This document shows, one piece after another, positions 58,031-64,000 of a stretch of DNA of 64,000 bases. The position numbers were made by a program, and so were the translations under genes. Source of the DNA: Candidatus Omnitrophota bacterium (lineage in GTDB: Bacteria > Omnitrophota > Gorgyraeia > Tantalellales > Tantalellaceae); NCBI GenBank assembly GCA_049642065.1, contig JBAROK010000047.1:15143-79142 (forward strand), in the 5' to 3' direction. Below the pieces are notes generated by a model. The model saw only the letters and a list, made by a program, of their open reading frames with translations. It searched no databases and had not been told where the DNA came from. Each line of letters opens with the position of its first letter. The first letter of the stretch is position 1.

Positions 58031-58318
58031 TTGGCAGAAGAGAAAAATAGACACGATGATGTGATACTTGACGGCGAAAAAAAGATACCGCTGGATGCGA
58101 TCGAGACGAGAGTGCGTGCAGCAGCAGAAGATTATTTCGTGTGGTGGCATAACCAGAAGATAAGCCTTCTGGTCTTTCTGGTGCTACTGGTGATAAGCAT
58201 TTTCTGGGTATGGTGGCTTTTAATACCGGCTTTTCTGCTTTTGGGATACAACCTATTCGCGAATTTTCAGAGACTAATGGCGCTTAGAAAGATACATGGA
58301 ATAGAGGAAGAAGAATAG
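58031..58318 (+). CDS. Small membrane protein (TTG start, tentative)
   Basis: AGGAGGAGG RBS 7 nt before TTG; TM helix LLVFLVLLVISIFWVWWLLIPAFLLLGY. Confidence 0.35.
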   Translation: MAEEKNRHDDVILDGEKKIPLDAIETRVRAAAEDYFVWWHNQKISLLVFLVLLVISIFWVWWLLIPAFLLLGYNLFANFQRLMALRKIHGIEEEE

Positions 58319-58358
58319 AAGGAGCCTTAGGGCTGCTTAAGAAGAAAGGAGTGGGCAT

Positions 58359-59417
58359 ATGGGTACTGTAGATATTAATCAAATTCTTGGAGAAGATGCC
58401 CCGTATCTGTTGAACCATAAATGTTCAACTATACCTAAAGAGAACCTGCATCTTCCGGGACCCGGGTTTGTGGACAAGGTTTTCGGTATATCCGATAGGT
58501 CCGAGAAAGTGCAGAAGAATCTTAAGCTTATGTTTAATCACGGTAGGCTGAAGGGTACGGGATACCTTTCTATCCTGCCGGTGGACCAGGGCGTAGAGCA
58601 TTCAGCGGCATCATCGTTTGCACCGAACCCGATATATTTCGATCCTGAAAATATTGTAAGACTAGCTATAGAAGGTGGTTGTAATGCGGTGGCTTCGACC
58701 CTCGGGGTGCTGGGGATGGTATCGAAAAAATATGCGAAAAAGATACCTTTTATCCTGAAACTAAACCATAACGAATTTTTGTCATATCCGAACTCTTACG
58801 ATCAGAGATTTTTTGCGGATGTTGACCAGGCATATAATATGGGAGCTGTTGGGGTGGGTGCGACCATATATTTCGGGTCTGCAGAATCTCGCAGGCAAAT
58901 AGAAGAAGTGTCTGAAGCTTTCATGCGGGCTCATGAGATGGGTATGTTCACTGTTTTATGGTGCTATCTGCGTAACGATGCTTTTAAGAAAGATGGAGTG
59001 GATTATCATACCTCGGCAGATCTTACCGGCCAGGCAAACCATCTTGGCGTTACTATTGAAGCGGATATAATAAAACAGAAAGCTCCGACCAATAACGGTG
59101 GATATACCGCTATTGGGTTCGGTAAGACCAGTCCGCTGGTGTATGAGAAGCTTACTTCCGACCATCCTATTGACCTGACAAGGTATCAGGTAGCTAACTG
59201 TTATATGGGTAGAGCCGGGCTAATAAACTCAGGCGGGGCTTCTGGCGGTAAGGACGATCTCGAGAAAGCCGTCAGGACAGCTGTTGTGAATAAAAGGGCA
59301 GGTGGAACGGGCCTCATATCAGGCAGAAAAGCATTCCAGCGGCCGATGAAAGATGGCATAGGCATCCTTAACGCGATACAGGATGTGTACCGGGATAAGA
59401 GGATCGATATAGCATAA
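58359..59417 (+). CDS. fbaB: Class I fructose-bisphosphate aldolase (FbaB/DhnA type)
   Basis: Near-colinear match to E. coli FbaB as recalled ([54 protein letters not shown]). Confidence 0.9.
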   Translation: MGTVDINQILGEDAPYLLNHKCSTIPKENLHLPGPGFVDKVFGISDRSEKVQKNLKLMFNHGRLKGTGYLSILPVDQGVEHSAASSFAPNPIYFDPENIVRLAIEGGCNAVASTLGVLGMVSKKYAKKIPFILKLNHNEFLSYPNSYDQRFFADVDQAYNMGAVGVGATIYFGSAESRRQIEEVSEAFMRAHEMGMFTVLWCYLRNDAFKKDGVDYHTSADLTGQANHLGVTIEADIIKQKAPTNNGGYTAIGFGKTSPLVYEKLTSDHPIDLTRYQVANCYMGRAGLINSGGASGGKDDLEKAVRTAVVNKRAGGTGLISGRKAFQRPMKDGIGILNAIQDVYRDKRIDIA

Positions 59418-59428
59418 AAGGGATAAGG

Positions 59429-60178
59429 ATGAAGAAGATAGTACTTTTAAGGCATGGCGAAAGCGTTTGGAATAAAGAGAACCGTTTCACCGGTTGGACT
59501 GATGTGGACCTTTCGGAAAAAGGTAAAGAAGAAGCGAAAAAGGCGGGAGAGATCCTTAAGGCCGAAGGTTTTATGTTCGATGTAGCGTATACTTCGGTAT
59601 TGAAAAGAGCGATAAGGACGTTATGGATCGTATTGGATGAGATGGATCTTATGTGGATACCGGTACATAGGTCCTGGCACCTTAACGAAAGGCATTACGG
59701 TGCCCTTCAGGAGCTTAATAAAAGCGAGACTGCTACTAATTTCGGTGAAGAGCAGGTACATACCTGGAGGAGGAGTTACGATGTCCGTCCGCCTGCTTTG
59801 GAGAAGACGGATGAGAGGTATCCGGGCAACGATCCGAAATACAGGAGTCTGGACGAGAGGGATGTACCGGTAACAGAGTGTCTCAAGGACACCATAGAAA
59901 GAATGCTCTCTTACTGGCAGGATATCATATGCAAGGATGTTATGGCGGGCAAGCATACGCTTGTGGTAGCTCACGGGAACAGCTTGAGAGGCATAGTTAA
60001 ATACCTGGATAAAGTGTCCGATGAAGATATAGCGGGTTTGAATATACCAACGGGTATACCGCTAGTATACGAACTTGCTGATGATATGACCCCCCAAAAG
60101 AAATATTATCTTGGCGATCCCGAAGAAATTAAGAAAGCCACGAATAAAGTAGCTGAACAGGGTAAGTCAAAAAGTTGA
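59429..60178 (+). CDS. gpmA: 2,3-bisphosphoglycerate-dependent phosphoglycerate mutase
   Basis: [27 protein letters not shown] histidine-phosphatase N-terminus; 249 aa. Confidence 0.9.
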   Translation: MKKIVLLRHGESVWNKENRFTGWTDVDLSEKGKEEAKKAGEILKAEGFMFDVAYTSVLKRAIRTLWIVLDEMDLMWIPVHRSWHLNERHYGALQELNKSETATNFGEEQVHTWRRSYDVRPPALEKTDERYPGNDPKYRSLDERDVPVTECLKDTIERMLSYWQDIICKDVMAGKHTLVVAHGNSLRGIVKYLDKVSDEDIAGLNIPTGIPLVYELADDMTPQKKYYLGDPEEIKKATNKVAEQGKSKS

Positions 60179-60198
60179 GCCCTGATCCAACCCCAAAA

Positions 60199-60453
60199 AT
60201 GACCATGTGGTCCGTTTATATTCTCAGATGTTCAGATGACTCCCTTTATACGGGTATTACTACAGACGTAAAGCGAAGGGTAAAGGAGCATAACGAAGGC
60301 AAAAAAGGTTCTAAATGCTCAAGAAGCCGCCTTCCGGTAGAACTTGTCTACGAGGAGAAGGTGCCTAACAGGTCTAGCGCCCTGAAAAGAGAGATAGAGA
60401 TAAAGCGGCTCAGTAAAAAGGGGAAAGAAGATCTGGTCACTGGACACGATTAG
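60199..60453 (+). CDS. GIY-YIG nuclease-superfamily protein (UPF0213/YhbQ-like)
   Basis: WSVYILRCSDDSLYTGITTDVKRRVKEHN GIY-YIG motifs; start ATG 60199 (ORF-track TTG 60175 overlaps gpmA). Confidence 0.75.
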   Translation: MTMWSVYILRCSDDSLYTGITTDVKRRVKEHNEGKKGSKCSRSRLPVELVYEEKVPNRSSALKREIEIKRLSKKGKEDLVTGHD

Positions 60454-60516
60454 GCGAACTGCAGTTGCCATTTGATAGATTACATGATTTAATAGCAGGT
60501 ATTAGGTGTTAGAAAT

Positions 60517-61758
60517 ATGACAAAAATGCAGCAAAATATAAAACCTGAGCTAGTAGCACCCGCCGGGAATTGGGCTTCGTTCCATAGCGCAATTGATGCA
60601 GGGGCTGATGCGGTGTATTTCGGGATCAAGGGGCTTAATATGCGCAAAAGCGCAAATAATTTTGATATCCTTGAGATGCAAAAGGTAATGGATCTTCTTC
60701 GCCAGAACGGAAAAAAAGGATACCTGGCCCTGAATGTGATCGTATACGACGGGGAAACCGATAAGGTGAGGAAGATACTGGAAGAGGCCAAAAGAGCCCG
60801 GGTTGATGCCGTGATACTGTGGGACATGGCTGTTTTTTCAATGGCAAAAGAACTTGGTCTTAAGATACATCTTTCTACACAAGCCAGCGTATCGAATTTT
60901 GAAGCCCTTAAAACGTACTCCTCGATGGGTGCGAAAAGGATAGTTCTTGCCAGGGAATGCACACTTAGTGACATACGAAATATTACACGTAGAGCCGTGG
61001 AAGAAAACATAGAATGCGCTGTGGAAACTTTCATTCACGGAGCTATGTGCGTGAGCGTATCCGGCAGGTGTTTTATGTCGCAGGATTCTTTTGCGAAATC
61101 TGCCAATAGAGGCGAATGTTTGCAGCCCTGCAGAAGGGAGTTCTCAATAATTGATAACGATACGGACGCTGAATGCAGCTACGTTCTCGGGGAAGATTAC
61201 GTATTGAGTCCCAAAGACCTTTGCACAATAAGTTTTTTCGAAAAAGTGATGACATCGGGCGCAGAAGCTTTTAAAATAGAAGGCAGAATGCGTGCGCCTG
61301 AATATGTCAGCGTAGTTACATCAGCATACAGGACAGCGATCGATTCTTTTGGTGAAGAAAATCTCACAGAAGATCTTAAGGAAGAGCTTTTAAAGAAACT
61401 GGAGTTCTCCTTTAATCGGGGGTTTTCAGACGGTTTTTATTTTGGAAAACCCGACGATTTAGGAGGCACTCTAGATAAAGAGTACGAGAAAGTATATCTT
61501 GGGGAAGTAATTAAGTACTATAGAAAAATTGGCGTGGCTGAGGTGCATCTTACCTGCGGTTCTTTAAAAGAGGGACAGGAGATACTTATAACCGGCAAAA
61601 GCACTCCCGCTTCTTTTGCTAAGGTTGAAGAGATGGAGATAGAACATAACAGGGTAGATTTCGTGGAAAAAGGACGCTCGGCGGGAATTAAGGTTCCTTT
61701 TAGTGTACGGCCGAAAGATAAAGTGTTTCTTTGGACGGTAAAAGGAGGATTAAATTGA
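60517..61758 (+). CDS. Peptidase U32 family protein (YhbU/YegQ-like)
   Basis: ELVAPAGNWASFHSAIDAGADAVYFG N-terminus and U32 core; YhbQ-YhbU neighbourhood mirrors E. coli. Confidence 0.8.
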   Translation: MTKMQQNIKPELVAPAGNWASFHSAIDAGADAVYFGIKGLNMRKSANNFDILEMQKVMDLLRQNGKKGYLALNVIVYDGETDKVRKILEEAKRARVDAVILWDMAVFSMAKELGLKIHLSTQASVSNFEALKTYSSMGAKRIVLARECTLSDIRNITRRAVEENIECAVETFIHGAMCVSVSGRCFMSQDSFAKSANRGECLQPCRREFSIIDNDTDAECSYVLGEDYVLSPKDLCTISFFEKVMTSGAEAFKIEGRMRAPEYVSVVTSAYRTAIDSFGEENLTEDLKEELLKKLEFSFNRGFSDGFYFGKPDDLGGTLDKEYEKVYLGEVIKYYRKIGVAEVHLTCGSLKEGQEILITGKSTPASFAKVEEMEIEHNRVDFVEKGRSAGIKVPFSVRPKDKVFLWTVKGGLN

Positions 61759-62105
61759 GATCCATTAGATGCATTCTGGTCGTTCTGGTGATGCTGGCAA
61801 GTCTGGCGGTTAGTGCTTTGGCTGAGAGTGTTACTGGGACATGGGAGAGTGTTGAGTATTATCGTAACGGTAAAAGCCTTCCGGAGATGGCGGGCAAGGC
61901 TAGGTACGAGTTCAAAGAAGACGGTACCTATACACATAAAATGGGTCACTGGCTGACAGCTAAAGGGACCTATCTGGAAGAAGAGAGTAAGATACTGTTA
62001 ACTTCTGATGTTGCGGGGAAAACAGATGTACGTCTTGAAGACGATAGAATAATAGTGGAAAATTCGAGAACAAAACTTAAGATTATATACGTGAAAAGCG
62101 AGTAG
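61755..62105 (+). CDS. Secreted lipocalin-like domain protein
   Basis: TTG 61755 behind AAAGGAGG; signal peptide then GTWESVEYY...GTY lipocalin-like pattern. Confidence 0.45.
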   Translation: MRSIRCILVVLVMLASLAVSALAESVTGTWESVEYYRNGKSLPEMAGKARYEFKEDGTYTHKMGHWLTAKGTYLEEESKILLTSDVAGKTDVRLEDDRIIVENSRTKLKIIYVKSE

Positions 62106-62114
62106 GGGGATAGT

Positions 62115-62408
62115 ATGGGCAAGATGTGCCGCAAGTGTCTTAAGAAATATGGCGATGCGGAGGGAGTGTGTCTTTTTTGCGGAACTGAGTTAAGCCCGGA
62201 AGAGGAATGCCGGGATATATGTGAAGAGGAAGGCATTGCTCCGGAAGAAGAAGCACTGGACAAGGCGGATATAAGGACCCTTATTTTTGTCTTAGTTGTG
62301 ATCGCGCTTATTGTGGCGATACTGTTTTTGGTTTTTTCAGTAGGGTCGGATTTCTGGTCGGGTGGTGTACAAAAAGTACTGATGCAGGACGGAAAGGTCG
62401 GTCGCTAG
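62115..62408 (+). CDS. Zinc-ribbon (CxxC...CxxC) protein with C-terminal TM helix
   Basis: CRKCLKK...CLFCG N-terminus, acidic linker, TM helix LIFVLVVIALIVAILFLVF. Confidence 0.4.
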   Translation: MGKMCRKCLKKYGDAEGVCLFCGTELSPEEECRDICEEEGIAPEEEALDKADIRTLIFVLVVIALIVAILFLVFSVGSDFWSGGVQKVLMQDGKVGR

Positions 62409-62436
62409 TTTTAGGTTATAAGTTAATATCATATTT

Positions 62437-63045
62437 ATGCAGGATATAATAGAAGCTAAATATATCGAATGGACCGACGGGCTGACGCCCGAAGAATCTA
62501 CAGTTAATATCTTTGACAAAATAAGGGACATTCCTTATTACGTGATAGCTGAGCACCTTGATCTGGAGAAAGGTCCTTCAGGGATGCTTAAGGAAAATAA
62601 AGGATCCTGCACTCCCAAGCATTATCTGTTAGGGATGATGTACCAGAGGCTTGGCGTGGACATACGGTATCACACATATTCTTTTATGTGGAAGGATCTG
62701 GACATTGAGTATTCAGGAGTACTTAAAGACCTGTCAGAGCGGATCCCTGTGACGTATCACTTGGCATGCGAAGCGTTCCTTGGCGAAAGATGGGTGCTTT
62801 TGGACGCTACATGGGACAATGGTCTTGCGGGAACAGATTTTCCGGTAAACGAAAACTGGGACGGGAAAAGTGACACAATTCTTGCGATAAAATCTATTAA
62901 TGACTTTATCCATGAGGATGCCGCAAAAAGAGACAAAGAGATAAAAGAAAAGACTGCTGCGTATTCTCTGCCGGAAAAACTGGAACTTTCAAGGTTTTCT
63001 GGGGAGCTCAACAAGTGGCTTGACCAGATAAGAAAGGAGAAATGA
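62437..63045 (+). CDS. Transglutaminase-like (Cys-His-Asp) domain protein
   Basis: GSCTPKHYLLGMMYQRLGVDIRY ... HLACEAFLGERWVLLDATWD fits the transglutaminase-like core. Confidence 0.5.
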   Translation: MQDIIEAKYIEWTDGLTPEESTVNIFDKIRDIPYYVIAEHLDLEKGPSGMLKENKGSCTPKHYLLGMMYQRLGVDIRYHTYSFMWKDLDIEYSGVLKDLSERIPVTYHLACEAFLGERWVLLDATWDNGLAGTDFPVNENWDGKSDTILAIKSINDFIHEDAAKRDKEIKEKTAAYSLPEKLELSRFSGELNKWLDQIRKEK

Positions 63046-63702
63046 ATGATAGACCTGCATACGCATACTTTATTAAGCGATGGTGACTTGGTGCCAAGTG
63101 AACTAGTAAGACGCGCGCAAGTAGCTGGTTACACAGCGATAGCGATCACTGACCACGTGGATGCCTCGAATATAGAAACTGTTCTTTCAAGCGCGGTGAA
63201 AGCGGCGAAGGAGCTTAACAAGTACTGGGACATCTTTGTGATCCCCGGAGTGGAAATAACGCACGTACCGCTGGAATCATTTTTTGAGCTTGTTGTTTAC
63301 GCTCGCGAGAACGGCGCGAAAATAATCGTAGGTCACGGAGAGTCTCCGGTGGAACCGGTGATACCGGGAACGAACGCTGCCGCTATTAACGCCGGTGTAG
63401 ATATACTCGCACATCCCGGAGCGATAAAAGAAGAGGACGCGCGTTTAGCCGCGGAAAAAGGAGTGCACCTTGAGATAACATGCCGGCGTGGTCATTCCAA
63501 CGAGAACAAACACGTATTTGATATGGCACAAAAAACGGGTGCTCATATGGTACTCAATACTGACAGTCATTCTCCCGACGATATTCTTACTCCTGAAAAA
63601 CAGCAGGAAGTGCTATCGGCCCTTACTGATTCAGATGAGATCAAGGCAGAGATCCTGGCCAACTCAGAAAAAATAGTGCAAAAAATAAAGGACGAGCTAT
63701 AA
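63046..63702 (+). CDS. PHP-domain phosphoesterase (TrpH/YciV-like)
   Basis: MIDLHTHTLLSDGDL and IAITDHVD motifs; ATG immediately follows upstream stop (TGAATG). Confidence 0.7.
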   Translation: MIDLHTHTLLSDGDLVPSELVRRAQVAGYTAIAITDHVDASNIETVLSSAVKAAKELNKYWDIFVIPGVEITHVPLESFFELVVYARENGAKIIVGHGESPVEPVIPGTNAAAINAGVDILAHPGAIKEEDARLAAEKGVHLEITCRRGHSNENKHVFDMAQKTGAHMVLNTDSHSPDDILTPEKQQEVLSALTDSDEIKAEILANSEKIVQKIKDEL

Positions 63703-63824
63703 AGCCCATAATATCTGAAGTTTGGGAAGATCCAGACAATAAGCAAAAGTTACATTCTCTTAACGAAAGTTTTTTTCTTTATCTTACTCTTGACTCAGGG
63801 TATTTTCATGATATACTTCTTTCA

Positions 63825-63866
63825 AAAGTTATATCTATATAGATATTTCTATATAGATATAACTTT
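63825..63866. repeat. 18-bp perfect inverted repeat (AAAGTTATATCTATATAG - ATATTT - CTATATAGATATAACTTT)
   Basis: Read directly; lies immediately downstream of a TTGACT-N16-TATACT promoter (63790-63817). Confidence 0.7.
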
Positions 63867-64000
63867 TTGTGAATGTTATATTACGCTTTTGTTATTTGAC
63901 ACGCATGTACCGCCTATGCAGTTTCTAGTCTGGCAAAGAAAGGGGGGATGGAATAGACCATTAAATGGATTGCCGGGAACTGTCAAGCTTGGTTAAGGCG

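Noticed and set aside
61731-61754. Longer TTG start (61731) for the lipocalin-like gene, as in the ORF track
   Set aside because: It would overlap the U32 gene by 28 nt. A TTG at 61755 has an AAAGGAGG RBS at ideal spacing, so the upstream extension was rejected.
63790-63996. 68-aa plus-strand ORF at the window end
   Set aside because: Its Tyr/Phe/Leu-rich translation comes from an AT-rich palindromic intergenic region and it has no RBS. The region is more plausibly regulatory DNA.

Overview
This 64-kb window comes from a compact bacterial chromosome that is almost entirely plus-strand. Intergenic spacers are short, start and stop codons frequently overlap, and the gene content suggests an uncultivated, reduced-genome lineage (inference). 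Translations of the ORF track identify most genes with good confidence.

Gene content in order:
- **Start of window:** a LeuB-family dehydrogenase, asd, truA and rplM-rpsI.
- **16-gene biosynthetic array (4.8-20.6 kb), no terminators:** argC-argJ-argB-argD-argF-argG-argH, lysA-dapF-dapA-dapB-dapL, folK, panC, nadA, nadX.
- **20.7-22.4 kb:** a Na/Pi cotransporter.
- **Minor-pilin operon (22.7-27.2 kb):** two prepilin-type pseudopilins plus two tandem paralogous ~580-aa PilX-N-like proteins.
- **27.3-36 kb:** a CBS-less IMPDH-family protein, dnaE, HU, hisS, aspS.
- **36-46.7 kb:** the conserved phoH / 7TM-HD / ybeY / dgkA operon with a PAP2 fusion, then DUF502, recO, glyQS, ppdK and a sigma-70 factor.
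- **46.8-47.8 kb:** tRNA-Arg(CCT), followed on the minus strand by a pyruvoyl-dependent histidine decarboxylase proenzyme (HdcA-like).
- **47.9-63.7 kb:** an accessory-looking region of small secreted, membrane and Zn-ribbon proteins, plus LemA, DUF3137, DUF900, DUF2062, TSUP, PilZ, two PHP phosphoesterases, a transglutaminase-like protein, fbaB, gpmA, a GIY-YIG protein and a U32 peptidase.

No CRISPR array, integrase or transposase was seen.

The most notable leads:
- a two-gene, toxin-antitoxin-like module (an AbrB/MazE-fold protein coupled to an unrecognised highly basic 57-aa ORF) behind a direct-repeat-bearing promoter, with a GC-rich hairpin just downstream;
- the pilin/PilX-like tandem pair with no assembly machinery nearby;
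- the isolated hdcA next to a tRNA;
- a Cys/Trp-rich 63-aa ORF with its own promoter;
- an 18-bp perfect palindrome just downstream of a promoter at the window end.
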